Positions 1-9,099 of a stretch of DNA of 47,270 bases are shown here, piece by piece. Under the pieces are notes generated by a model. That model was not told where the DNA came from. It saw only the letters and a list, made by a program, of their open reading frames with translations, and did no database searches. The number at the start of each line of letters is the position of its first letter. Position 1 is the first letter of the stretch. Origin of the DNA: an uncultured Chromatiaceae bacterium (lineage in GTDB: Bacteria > Pseudomonadota > Gammaproteobacteria > Steroidobacterales > GCA-2729495); the NCBI GenBank assembly GCA_964391025.1, contig CAYMKJ010000226.1, positions 1 to 47,270 of the forward strand. The letters run 5' to 3'. The position numbers and the translations under genes are program-made.

Positions 1-554
1 TCGGGAATGTGCAGCGACCAGGCGGCCGCCGAGTCCAGCACGTTTTGCTCGAAGCCCGCCTCAGCCGTGGCCAGCTCTTCCATGATGGTCTTGAAGCGGG
101 CTTTCTGCTCGGTCGGCAGATGGACGCCAGCCAGACGGAAGTCCCGGATTGCCAGCTCGAGCAGTCGCCCGGCACCCTCGCCCCGGGCGTTCTGAGGCCC
201 CTCGCCGAGGCGTTTGTACAACTCATAAAGCCGCTGGTTGTGGCCCATCTCCGTCGCGTAGCGGGAGATGGCGGGCAGGCAGGCGTTGTAGGCGGCACGG
301 AGCTCCGGCGTGTTGGCCACCGACTGCAGATGCTGCACGGGGGACCACACCCGGTGCAGCCGCTCGCTCAGGTGCTCGATGGGCAGCACGGCGGCATCGA
401 ACTCCAGCTCAGTCTGCTCCGCAGCCGTCAGCAACTGCTCCAGCTCGACCCGGTTGGCCTCGATCGTGGTGAGCACAGCGTGCTCCACGTGCTCAGGGAG
501 GATCCGGTCGAAGGCGGGCAGGCCAGTGGAGCCGAGCAGGGGGTTGTCGTGCAT
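1..554 (-). CDS. prlC: oligopeptidase A (M3 metallopeptidase), N-terminal part; the gene continues past the left window edge
   Basis: Absent from the ORF track because it runs off the edge. Reverse-strand translation from ATG (554-552) reads MHDNPLLGSTGLPAFDRILPEHVEHAVLTTIEANRVELEQLL...SPVQHLQSVANTPELRAAYNACLPAISRYATEMGHNQRLYELYKRL. This is colinear with the N-terminus of oligopeptidase A as I remember it. It is divergent from gor. Confidence 0.75.
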   Translation of the reverse strand, partial: MHDNPLLGSTGLPAFDRILPEHVEHAVLTTIEANRVELEQLLTAAEQTELEFDAAVLPIEHLSERLHRVWSPVQHLQSVANTPELRAAYNACLPAISRYATEMGHNQRLYELYKRLGEGPQNARGEGAGRLLELAIRDFRLAGVHLPTEQKARFKTIMEELATAEAGFEQNVLDSAAAWSLHIP

Positions 555-639
555 CCGGAAAGCCTAACGGAAAACCCCGTCCGGCCCCAAACGGGGCCCT
601 TGCTACACTCCCGACCCCTGCACTTCCCGAGCCAAGCGC

Positions 640-1986
640 ATGACGGAGCAATTCGACCTCATTACCATCGGCGGGGGCAGCGGCGGTCTCGCGGCCGCCC
701 AGCGCGCCGCCGAGTACGGCGCAAAGGTGGCCCTCATCGAACCCGCGCCGCTTGGTGGCACCTGCGTAAACGTGGGTTGTGTGCCAAAGAAGATCACTTT
801 CAATGCCGCCAGTCTGGCCCATGCCCTGCACGACGCCCGCGACTACGGTTTCGACCTGACGGTGCGGGGCCACGACTGGGCCGGATTCGTGGCGAAGCGT
901 CAGGCCTACGTGCAGCGGCTGAACGGCATCTACGCGCGGAATCTGGCCAAAAAGGGCATCGCCCACCTCGCCGCCCGGGGCCGCTTCACCGATCCCCACA
1001 CCGTCGAGGCGGGGGGCCGGGTGCTGACCGGCAAGCACATCATGGTGGCCACCGGTGGGCGGCCAACGGTGCCCGGGATTCCCGGCCACGAGCTCGGTCT
1101 TGTGTCTGATGATTTCTTCCGGCTCACCAGCCGGCCGCAGCGGGTGGCCATCGCCGGCTCCGGCTACATCGCCGTGGAGTTTGCCGGCGCCCTGCGTGCG
1201 CTCGGTTCTGACGTCACGCTGCTGGTCCGGCAGGACAGCGTGCTCCGGCACTTCGACGCCTACCTGCAGGAGGGCCTGCTGAAGGCCCTGGCGGACGACG
1301 GGATCCGCGTCGTTGGGCAGGCGACGCCGTCGGCTCTCACGCGCAGCACTGCGGGACTGGCGCTGGCAACTGCCGACGGCCGCAGCCACGGACCGTTCGA
1401 TGCGGTGATCTGGGCCGTGGGGCGTGAGCCCTGGACCGCAGACCTCAATCTCCCGGCCGCCGGTGTGCACACTGACGCGCCGGGCTTCATCACGACCGAT
1501 GACTTCCAGGTGACCAACGTGCCGCACATCTACGCGCTGGGGGACGTCACCGGTCGCGCTGCGCTCACCCCGGTTGCCGTAGCCGCCGGCCGCCGGACGG
1601 CGGATCGGGTCTTTGGCGGCATGGCCGGCCGGCATCTCGATTACACGAACATTCCCACCGTTATCTTCAGCCACCCGCCGATCGGTACTTGCGGCGTCAG
1701 CGAGGCCACGGCCCGCCAGCGCTTCGGCGCTGGCGTGAAAATCTACACCTCCGAGTTTGTCTCTCTCTACAACGGCATCACCGACCACAAGCCGAAGACC
1801 CGCATGAAGCTGGTCACAGTCGGCAATGACGAGAAGGTGGTGGGTTGCCACATCATCGGCCAGGGAGCAGATGAGATGCTCCAGGGCTTTGCGGTCGCGA
1901 TCCACATGGGCGCCACCAAGCGGGACTTCGACGACACGGTGGCCATTCACCCTACCGCGGCGGAGGAGCTGGTGACGATGCGGTGA
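640..1986 (+). CDS. gor: glutathione-disulfide reductase
   Basis: 448-aa ORF. It has the FAD motif GGGSGG, the redox-active disulfide GGTCVNVGCVPKK, and a C-terminal HPTAAEELVTMR typical of glutathione reductase. Confidence 0.95.
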   Translation: MTEQFDLITIGGGSGGLAAAQRAAEYGAKVALIEPAPLGGTCVNVGCVPKKITFNAASLAHALHDARDYGFDLTVRGHDWAGFVAKRQAYVQRLNGIYARNLAKKGIAHLAARGRFTDPHTVEAGGRVLTGKHIMVATGGRPTVPGIPGHELGLVSDDFFRLTSRPQRVAIAGSGYIAVEFAGALRALGSDVTLLVRQDSVLRHFDAYLQEGLLKALADDGIRVVGQATPSALTRSTAGLALATADGRSHGPFDAVIWAVGREPWTADLNLPAAGVHTDAPGFITTDDFQVTNVPHIYALGDVTGRAALTPVAVAAGRRTADRVFGGMAGRHLDYTNIPTVIFSHPPIGTCGVSEATARQRFGAGVKIYTSEFVSLYNGITDHKPKTRMKLVTVGNDEKVVGCHIIGQGADEMLQGFAVAIHMGATKRDFDDTVAIHPTAAEELVTMR

Positions 1987-1991
1987 GAAAT

Positions 1992-2009
1992 GGGGACATG
2001 CCTAATTAC
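1992..2009. repeat. left inverted repeat of the transposase cassette
   Basis: 18/18 complementarity with 2808-2825. It starts 6 nt after the gor TGA. Confidence 0.85.
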
Positions 2010-2109
2010 CCACGGAGTTGCCGTATGCCCCGAAGTTTTATCGTTAATCTGCATCTTCTCTCAAGATTTGCTGAGTGAATGGTGTGGAGGACGCCGCTAG
2101 TCTTTGGCA

Positions 2110-2811
2110 ATGCCAAGGACTGCCCGCTCGATTGTTAGTGGCCTCTACTACCACGTCATAAATCGTGGCAATAACCGCGCAACTGTTTTCTCGGAGCCGC
2201 CGGAGTTCGATTCATTTGTTCAGCTGATGCGCCGAGCCCAGGCTCGGCAACATATTGATGTGGCGGCCGTCTGCCTGATGCCCAACCATTTCCACTTGTT
2301 GGTCAGGCCGTACGCTGCAGCTGACCTGGCCGCCTGGCTTCATTGGATGCTGACTACCCACGCGTCGCGGTACCATAAGAAGTGCAACTCGTCAGGCCGT
2401 ATCTGGACAGGTCGATTCAAGGCCTTTCCTATCCAGGACGATCCGCATTTGCTTACCGTAGCGCGATATGTCGAGCGGAATGCATTGCGCGCAAACCTGG
2501 TTTCGCGGGCGGAAGCATGGCCTTGGAGCAGCCTGCGGTGGAGGGTCGTTGACGTTCCGCCCTTCGTCCTTTCACCACTACCCATAGAGCTGCCGACAAA
2601 CTGGATCGACTTCGTAAACGCGGCGCAAACTGCAACCGAGCTTGCCGACCTGCGACGATGCGTTAACTTGGGAAGGCCCTTTGGCGAGCCAAACTGGGTA
2701 CAGCGGACCGCTATAGAGCTCGGACTCACCCACACCCTTCGACGCCCGGGACGTCCAAAGCAGGCTCCGTCGCTAGCCATTGGTCTCAACTCAGTGGATG
2801 AGTTGGTGTAA
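2110..2811 (+). CDS. rayT: REP-associated tyrosine transposase-like protein (IS200/IS605 Y1 HUH family)
   Basis: YYHVINRGNNR..., HUH motif in LMPNHFHLLVRP, and the catalytic-Tyr helix ARYVERNALRANL. The ATG at 2110 is preferred over the TTG at 2104. Confidence 0.85.
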   Translation: MPRTARSIVSGLYYHVINRGNNRATVFSEPPEFDSFVQLMRRAQARQHIDVAAVCLMPNHFHLLVRPYAAADLAAWLHWMLTTHASRYHKKCNSSGRIWTGRFKAFPIQDDPHLLTVARYVERNALRANLVSRAEAWPWSSLRWRVVDVPPFVLSPLPIELPTNWIDFVNAAQTATELADLRRCVNLGRPFGEPNWVQRTAIELGLTHTLRRPGRPKQAPSLAIGLNSVDELV

Positions 2812-2825
2812 TTAGGCATGTCCCC
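2808..2825. repeat. right inverted repeat of the transposase cassette
   Basis: Exact reverse complement of 1992-2009. It overlaps the transposase TAA (2809-2811) and ends 2 nt before the aroE stop codon (2828-2830). Confidence 0.85.
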
Positions 2826-2827
2826 TT

Positions 2828-3682
2828 TTACGCCAGCCGCTTCTTCATCCTGCCCGTGGTGGCGGGCGCGCCCGGCAGCCTGGCGATGACCGGCCGTGTG
2901 TCGGGCCGCACGCCGCGCCACAGGTAGAACGATTCTGCGGCCTGTTCCACCAGCATGCCCCAGCCCTGGGCCACGCGGCCGGCGCCGTTCGCCCTGGCCC
3001 AGGCGACGAAGGGCGTGTCCTGCATGGCGTAGGACAGGTCGTAGCAGAGGGTTCCCGGGCCAAGGATGGACGGGGGAAACGGCGGCACCTCGCCCTTGAG
3101 GCCGGCGGAGGTGGCGTTGATCACCAGGTCGAAACGCTGCCCGCCAAGCTCCTGGAACTGGCAGGCGAGAATCTTGCCGAGCATGCGGAAATCTTTCGCC
3201 AGCGCCTGGGCGCGATCCAGCGTGCGATTGGCGATCATGATGTCCCGGGGGTTGGTGTCGAACAGTGCAGGGACGATGCCACGCGTGGCGCCACCGGCCC
3301 CGAGGATCAGCAGGCGGGTGCCGGCGAGACGAACCCGCAGGTTCTGGCCCAGGTCGTTCACCAGGCCGGTGCCATCGGTGTTGTCACCTTCCACCGCGCC
3401 GTCGGCGTGCCGGATCAGCGTGTTAACCGCGCCGGCCAGCTCGGCCCGGGACGTGAGTCGCGAGGCGAGCTTCAGCACATCGGTCTTGTGGGGCACGGTG
3501 ACGTTCAGGCCACGATAGCCCTCGGCAAACAGCTGGCGGACGCGGGTCGCCAGCTGTTCGGGCGGGATGTCGATGGCGTCGTAGGTGAGATCCTGGCTCG
3601 TGGCCTCGGCAAACAACCGGTGGATCACGGGCGACTTGCTGTGGGCGATCGGATGGCCGATGACCCCGTATCGGTCTGTCAT
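2828..3682 (-). CDS. aroE: shikimate dehydrogenase
   Basis: MTDRYGVIGHPIAHSKSPVIHRLF..., NADP loop GAGGATRG, 284 aa. Confidence 0.95.
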   Translation of the reverse strand: MTDRYGVIGHPIAHSKSPVIHRLFAEATSQDLTYDAIDIPPEQLATRVRQLFAEGYRGLNVTVPHKTDVLKLASRLTSRAELAGAVNTLIRHADGAVEGDNTDGTGLVNDLGQNLRVRLAGTRLLILGAGGATRGIVPALFDTNPRDIMIANRTLDRAQALAKDFRMLGKILACQFQELGGQRFDLVINATSAGLKGEVPPFPPSILGPGTLCYDLSYAMQDTPFVAWARANGAGRVAQGWGMLVEQAAESFYLWRGVRPDTRPVIARLPGAPATTGRMKKRLA

Positions 3683-3825
3683 GTACGGCCCCCGTAACCC
3701 CTCGCCGGACCGGTATCATTTTCCATCATGCGGCAAGCTGTCGAGAGGTGGGCGGCCATTTCCCCGCACTTTGGGCAGAAAGGCGACTCGTCACCGCCAT
3801 GCCCCCTCCGCTAAGGTTCGTCCCC

Positions 3826-4422
3826 ATGCCCACATCAGCACAGCGGTCAGTCACGCGTTGTCCCTGGTCCGAGGGCGTCAGCCCGGCCTATCTCGAGTAC
3901 CACGACCGGGAATGGGGCGTGCCGGTCCACGATGACCGCAAGCAATTCGAGTTTCTGATCCTCGAGGGCGCCCAGGCCGGCCTTTCCTGGTCCACCATCC
4001 TGCACCGGCGGGCAGGCTACCGGCGGGCCTTTGCCGACTTCGATCCCGTGCAGGTTGCCCGCTTCACGCCGGCGCGCATCGAGAAGCTGCTGCAGGATCC
4101 CGGCATCATCCGCAACCGCCTGAAGGTGGCGGCCGCCGTCAGCAACGCGCGGGCGTTTCTCGAGATCGAGGCGGCACACGGCAGCTTCGATACCTACATC
4201 TGGGGCTTTGTTGGCGGCAAGCCCCGGCGCAACCAGTGGCGCAGCCAGGCCGAGGTCCCGGCCACCAGCCCGGTGTCCGATGCGCTCAGTAAAGACATGA
4301 AAAAGCGGGGCTTTCGCTTCGTGGGTAGCACCACGCTCTACGCGCACCTGCAGGCGACGGGCCTCATCAACGATCACCTGATGAGCTGCTTCCGCCACGC
4401 GGAGTGCCGGAAGCTGGCCTGA
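3826..4422 (+). CDS. tag: DNA-3-methyladenine glycosylase I
   Basis: CPW...YLEYHDREWGVPVHDDRKQFEFLILEGAQAGLSWSTIL matches the Tag family. The ORF opens at 3748, but the internal ATG at 3826 (or 3799) gives a family-typical length. Confidence 0.88.
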   Translation: MPTSAQRSVTRCPWSEGVSPAYLEYHDREWGVPVHDDRKQFEFLILEGAQAGLSWSTILHRRAGYRRAFADFDPVQVARFTPARIEKLLQDPGIIRNRLKVAAAVSNARAFLEIEAAHGSFDTYIWGFVGGKPRRNQWRSQAEVPATSPVSDALSKDMKKRGFRFVGSTTLYAHLQATGLINDHLMSCFRHAECRKLA

Positions 4423-4613
4423 TTAGGAGTAGGAGACGGTGCCGGAGCCCAGCCGGACACTGAGGGGGGCTCAGGGGAGGGGGGTACCACCCGGTTCGAA
4501 CCCCGACACCGCTCCATGTTGTCTTTTTCGTGCTCTTCTCCGGAACGGATTCTGCAGGGGTCCTGTGACACCTTTGTGTCGTCTCTTGGCTTGGACCTCG
4601 CTAACCTGCGGGG

Positions 4614-5834
4614 GTGAAGCTCCCTGCCTTGTACCGTTCCCAGGGTCTGCCCCGTGGCGTGATTGCACTGGGGCTCGTCTCGCTGTGCATGGACGCGTCC
4701 TCCGAGCTGGTGCACAGCGTACTGCCGGTGTTCCTGGTCACCGTGCTGGGTGCCAGCGGCGCCATGGTCGGCCTCCTGGAAGGCATTGCCGAGGCAACCG
4801 CGGCCATCACGAAGGTCTTTTCCGGGGCGCTCAGCGATCGCTGGCAGCGGCGCAAGAGCCTCATTGTGGCTGGTTACGGCCTTGCGGCACTGACCAAGCC
4901 GTTGTTTCCCCTGGCCGAGTCCGTGAGTTGGGTGCTGACCGCACGCTTCCTGGATCGGGTGGGCAAAGGCATTCGCGGGGCCCCACGGGATGCCCTGATC
5001 GCCGACCTGGTCTCTCCCGAACAGCGCAATGCGGCCTTTGGGCTGCGCCAGTCGCTGGACTCCCTCGGCGCCTTTCTGGGCCCGTTGCTCGCCATTGGCT
5101 TGCTACTGCTCTGGAAGAACGACCTGCGGGCGGTGCTGTGGGTGGCCGTGGTGCCTGCCGTGCTCGCCTTCGCGGTGCTAATTTTCGGGGTTCAGGATCA
5201 TCGGCCTGCGGTTTCAGCCCGGCGCGGACCGGCCTTGACGCTGGCCAGCCTGGGTTCGCTGGGTCGCCGCTACTGGGTCATTGTGGCGTTGGGCTCGGTC
5301 ATCACGCTGGCGCGCTTCAGCGAAGCCTTCCTCGTGCTGCGGGGGCAGCAGGTCGGGCTCCCGCTGGCCTGGGTTCCGGCGATCATCATGGTCTTGAGCC
5401 TGGTCTACGCCGGGTCTGCCTACCCCGCCGGCCTGGCGGCCCGGCGCTGGTCGCGACGGACGTTGCTGGCGTGGGGCCTGGCCATCCTGATTCTGGCGGA
5501 CGTCGTTCTCGCCACGGCCGCTTCGGTGGCTCCCGTTCTCATCGGAGCCGGTCTCTGGGGGCTGCACATGGGACTCACGCAAGGGTTGCTGGCCGCGCTG
5601 GTCGCCGACGCGGTTCCCACAGAGCGCGCGGGCACCGCTTTCGGTTTCTTCAATCTGGTGACCGGCTTGTTCCTGCTGCTGGCGAGCAGCCTGGCTGGCC
5701 TGCTGTGGGACAGTCTGGGTGCCCCGGCGACGTTTCTCGCCGGCGCTGCCTTCAGTGTGGCGGCACTGGCCGGCCTGGTGCTCTATCCCCTGCCCGCGGG
5801 AAATATGGGCGGCGACCGGGTCAGGGAACGGTGA
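4614..5834 (+). CDS. MFS transporter
   Basis: 406 aa with about 12 hydrophobic segments, the MFS loop motif GALSDRWQRRKSL, and a GTG start. Confidence 0.85.
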   Translation: MKLPALYRSQGLPRGVIALGLVSLCMDASSELVHSVLPVFLVTVLGASGAMVGLLEGIAEATAAITKVFSGALSDRWQRRKSLIVAGYGLAALTKPLFPLAESVSWVLTARFLDRVGKGIRGAPRDALIADLVSPEQRNAAFGLRQSLDSLGAFLGPLLAIGLLLLWKNDLRAVLWVAVVPAVLAFAVLIFGVQDHRPAVSARRGPALTLASLGSLGRRYWVIVALGSVITLARFSEAFLVLRGQQVGLPLAWVPAIIMVLSLVYAGSAYPAGLAARRWSRRTLLAWGLAILILADVVLATAASVAPVLIGAGLWGLHMGLTQGLLAALVADAVPTERAGTAFGFFNLVTGLFLLLASSLAGLLWDSLGAPATFLAGAAFSVAALAGLVLYPLPAGNMGGDRVRER

Positions 5835-8800
5835 CTTCGATCACGGTCTCATCGAGGGCGGTGGTGCCGTTGGTGTGCGTGATGAGGCCCAGGTTCAGTC
5901 CGGTGGCCAGATTCTGCCAATTGACGGTGAGCGTGCCGGCGGTGCCTGACGTCACGCTGGACGGCGCAATGACGGTCCCGTTACCCCGGTTCGCTCCGAC
6001 GGTCCAGACAAAAAGCTGGAAAGTCGCCGTGCCGGCCGGTGCGTTGAAGCCGTGCACGTCCACGTAGTACTCGCCCGGCGTAATGAAGGTGGCACCCTCC
6101 GCGGGTATCAGGTTAATGACTTCATCGGATGAGGCCACTTCGACGCTCGGCGTGACCTCTTCCGTGCACTTCCCGAAACCGGGGCAGGAGTAAAGGTACA
6201 GGTCCAGGTCGGCGCCGGGGCTGCTGTTCTGGTTGAACAGGGCCACCCGCAGGTACCGGGTGTCCTCTGGCACGATGATGGGAATGCGCCGCACGTTATT
6301 TGGCGGCGTGCCCGCCGTTGGCTGGACGAAGGTATAGAGATCGTCCGGATCATCCGCCACGCTGTTGGTCAGCTGGGCCCGGATATCGTCCGACTGGCTC
6401 TGGCCCGTCGCTTCAAGGCCGCTCAGCACAACTGCGTAGCTCCCGGAGTAGCCCACGCGAAGGGCCAGATCGGCGCTGCCCGTCGCGCCGGAAGCAGAGA
6501 CCGCCGTCGGTGCTGCGAAGGGCAGCGCGCGAATCGCCAGTGGCGAACGCACGGTCGCGTCGGTACTGGACCAGGTGAGCGAGCCAAACTGCCAGGCTTC
6601 GAGCGTGGTGCCGTCGGTCGTCAGACGGATTTCCACGTCCGTACTCTCCCCCGCCGCGAGCGAGAGCACCGATGGTGTCACCTCCACATCGATCGTGGTT
6701 GGCGCCTCCACGCTGGCGGTGAACTGGGCAGCGGAACCCACGTTGGTCACCCGGCGCCGGACGACCTGCTCACCGACCAGTTCGTTGATGGCGATCGAAG
6801 GCAGGTTGAGGTCGCTGCCGTCGGTGGCGAAGCCGGCGGTTTCCAGGGCAGCGCAGTCCACCCCGATGCGCGCTTCACCGCGACCGCACAGAAAGGCGTC
6901 GTAATCACTACTGCCGCCGTCGTACACGAGGCCCGGTTTCACGGCCAGGTTCGGTACCAGGTATCCCCCGCCGAAGTCGAAGGGGTCGGCGGCGGTGTCG
7001 CCGTCTTCCTTGCGGACGTTCTGCCGCGCTGTCGTTACCACCGCCGATTTCAGCGCCGCCGGACTCCAGTCCGGGTGGGCCTCCTTCAGGAGGGCCGCGA
7101 CGCCGGCCACGTGGGGCACGGCCATGGACGTGCCCGACAGGTACTGGAAGCGCTCACCACGGACGTTGTTGGCCACGTCCGGCGTGTGTCCGGCCAGGAT
7201 GTCCACGCCTGGCGCGGTCACGTCGGGCTTCAGCACGTTGGGCTCCCACATGCTGGGTCCGCGCCCCGAGAAGCCCTGCATCTGGTTGCCCTCGTCCCGA
7301 ATGGTCAGAAAGATCTGCTTGTCCAGCGTCACCTCCACGGGGTCCTGGTCCACGAGCCGGTCCCGGAGCAGCTGCCCGTCTGCCTGCCCGATCATGAGCG
7401 CCGGAATCTGGACGGAACCGTCGGTGACTTTCATCAGGACCGGTTCACCCTTGTTGCTGAAGACCACCACGGCCCTGGCACCGGCATCCTGGGCGTTGCG
7501 GATCTTCGTCTCGAAGGTGCAGCCGCCCTGCTGGAGTAGCGCGACCTGCCCCGAAAGTTCAGTGGTGTTCACGATGGCCTCGCAGGCGTCGACCGTGGTG
7601 CCGGTGCTGTCGTCGAAGCTGCTGCTGGTAGCGTCGTCCACGAGGATCAGGCGGAGTGTCAGGGGGCCCACATTCCGGAGGCGTGGGGTAAATAGGGCCT
7701 CCACTGCCGGATAGTCCTTCTGCACAGAGGCCGGACTGTTGACCCGAATGGCCTCGAGGAAGTGGTCACCACGCCGGCTGGAAGCGCCCACCGCCAGCAC
7801 CCAGGGCGCCGCGGCTGGCGACAGCATGGAACCGGGCGCTGGACCCTCGTTGCCCGCCGCCGCGACGCTGAGCACCCCCGCGTCCGCGGCGGCCAGCAAT
7901 GCCAGGTCGTCGGCGTCGTTAATGTCGTCGTGGCTGCCCACCGAGTAATTGATGATGTCCACGCCGTCGGCCACCGCATCCTCGATGGCGCGAGCCAGGT
8001 CAGCTGTACTACAGGTGCCGCGCACCTGGCCGGGCTCCAGCCAGCAGGCCTTGTAGACGGCGACGCGGGCGCGGGGGGCCATGCCGCTGATCTTCGCCAC
8101 CCGGACGCCGGAGAGTGTGGCCTTAACGAAATTGCCAGCGGCCGTGGAGGCGATGTGAGTGCCGTGGCCATCCGCATCCCGGGGCGAGATGAACTCGTTT
8201 TCATCCAGTGCGTAACGCTCCAGGAAGCCGTCGATGTAGTAACGGGCACCGATCAGCTTGTTATTGCAGTAGGTCGTGCGAAACCCGTCACCCGCTTCGC
8301 AGGCGCCCTGCCAGCCGGGCAACGGGCGGTAGACCAGCGTGGGTGCGCGACTCTTGAAGCGCTTGCACAGCCAGAGGCCGAGCAGCGAGTTCTCTCCCCA
8401 CACGGATGTGCACAGGCGCGGACGCTTCGCCTCCTGCTTGTCGCTGAAGCTCGGGTGTCCGGGTGCAATGCCGCTGTCGATGACGCCGATGACGATGTCC
8501 TCGCCCCGCAGGCTGAGTTCGCGGCGCAGCCCGCCGTTCGCCGCCGTGAGTCCGAGGAAGGCGGGGCTGTCGTTGGTCTCGACGAACTTGGGCCGGTCTT
8601 CCCAGACGTTGCGGACGTCCTTCCGGGCCCGGAGCTTGCGGGCCTGGTCGGGCGTCAATCGCGCGGCGAAGCCGTTCAGGGCGTAGCGGTAGCTGTAGAG
8701 CTTGTCGTTGCCAGCGCCAACCGACGCGAGCACCGTATCGTGCTGCGCCGTGAGGCGGTCCGCGTACTGGCGGACGTCGGGAGCGCCCACATCGAAGCGG

Positions 8801-9099
8801 CGTCCCTGGTTGCTGCCGACCAGGCTCCTACTGGCACCCACCGACCTGGCCCCCACTGTCGGCGACTGGGCTGCGCTATGTGCTGTCGCAGTCGTCCTGA
8901 GCGTGGGCTCCTGCACCGCCGCAGGAGCCCTGAACTGAACGATGTAAACGCGCGTTTCGGTGGTGCTGACTGCTGCTGGGATGGCCTGTAGGCGCGAGCC
9001 CTCCGCCGCTCGGGCGCCGGCAGCAAACGCCGGTCCCGGGCTCAGTGCGAGCGCCAGGGGTAGCGTTATGTTCAGGCTGAAGATCAGGAAGCGTCGCAC
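5821..9099 (-). CDS. secreted S8 subtilisin-like serine protease with an I9 propeptide, a PA-domain insertion and C-terminal beta domains
   Basis: Signal peptide MRRFLIFSLNITLPLALALSPGPAFA. Catalytic triad contexts are VIGVIDSGI (Asp), DGHGTHIAST (His) and SGTSMAVPHVAG (Ser). A long insertion lies between His and Ser. 1092 aa, GTG start. Confidence 0.9.
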   Translation of the reverse strand: MRRFLIFSLNITLPLALALSPGPAFAAGARAAEGSRLQAIPAAVSTTETRVYIVQFRAPAAVQEPTLRTTATAHSAAQSPTVGARSVGASRSLVGSNQGRRFDVGAPDVRQYADRLTAQHDTVLASVGAGNDKLYSYRYALNGFAARLTPDQARKLRARKDVRNVWEDRPKFVETNDSPAFLGLTAANGGLRRELSLRGEDIVIGVIDSGIAPGHPSFSDKQEAKRPRLCTSVWGENSLLGLWLCKRFKSRAPTLVYRPLPGWQGACEAGDGFRTTYCNNKLIGARYYIDGFLERYALDENEFISPRDADGHGTHIASTAAGNFVKATLSGVRVAKISGMAPRARVAVYKACWLEPGQVRGTCSTADLARAIEDAVADGVDIINYSVGSHDDINDADDLALLAAADAGVLSVAAAGNEGPAPGSMLSPAAAPWVLAVGASSRRGDHFLEAIRVNSPASVQKDYPAVEALFTPRLRNVGPLTLRLILVDDATSSSFDDSTGTTVDACEAIVNTTELSGQVALLQQGGCTFETKIRNAQDAGARAVVVFSNKGEPVLMKVTDGSVQIPALMIGQADGQLLRDRLVDQDPVEVTLDKQIFLTIRDEGNQMQGFSGRGPSMWEPNVLKPDVTAPGVDILAGHTPDVANNVRGERFQYLSGTSMAVPHVAGVAALLKEAHPDWSPAALKSAVVTTARQNVRKEDGDTAADPFDFGGGYLVPNLAVKPGLVYDGGSSDYDAFLCGRGEARIGVDCAALETAGFATDGSDLNLPSIAINELVGEQVVRRRVTNVGSAAQFTASVEAPTTIDVEVTPSVLSLAAGESTDVEIRLTTDGTTLEAWQFGSLTWSSTDATVRSPLAIRALPFAAPTAVSASGATGSADLALRVGYSGSYAVVLSGLEATGQSQSDDIRAQLTNSVADDPDDLYTFVQPTAGTPPNNVRRIPIIVPEDTRYLRVALFNQNSSPGADLDLYLYSCPGFGKCTEEVTPSVEVASSDEVINLIPAEGATFITPGEYYVDVHGFNAPAGTATFQLFVWTVGANRGNGTVIAPSSVTSGTAGTLTVNWQNLATGLNLGLITHTNGTTALDETVIEVTVP

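Larger units (their letters stand above)
1992..2825 (+). mobile_element. RayT/IS200-like Y1 transposase cassette bounded by perfect 18-bp inverted repeats
   Basis: GGGGACATGCCTAATTAC at 1992-2009 and its exact reverse complement at 2808-2825 enclose one HUH/Y1 transposase ORF. The unit fills the gor/aroE convergent spacer. Its codon third positions are visibly A/T-richer than those of the flanking genes. Confidence 0.7.

Noticed and set aside
4432-4516. Possible 85-nt class II or Sec-like tRNA gene (long acceptor-like pairing, GGTTCGAACCCC, terminal CTCCA).
   Set aside because: Manual folding fails. The T-stem pairs only 3 of 5 positions. The putative anticodon hairpin has a 5-G loop (or a 7-nt loop without U33). 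The D-loop lacks GG, and the acceptor helix needs a bulge. It is kept only as a structured or REP-like element.
4439-6067. 542-aa + strand ORF overlapping the MFS gene in another frame.
   Set aside because: It is an alternative frame of a clear transporter gene, its composition is dominated by R/G/P/A, and it has no recognisable motifs.
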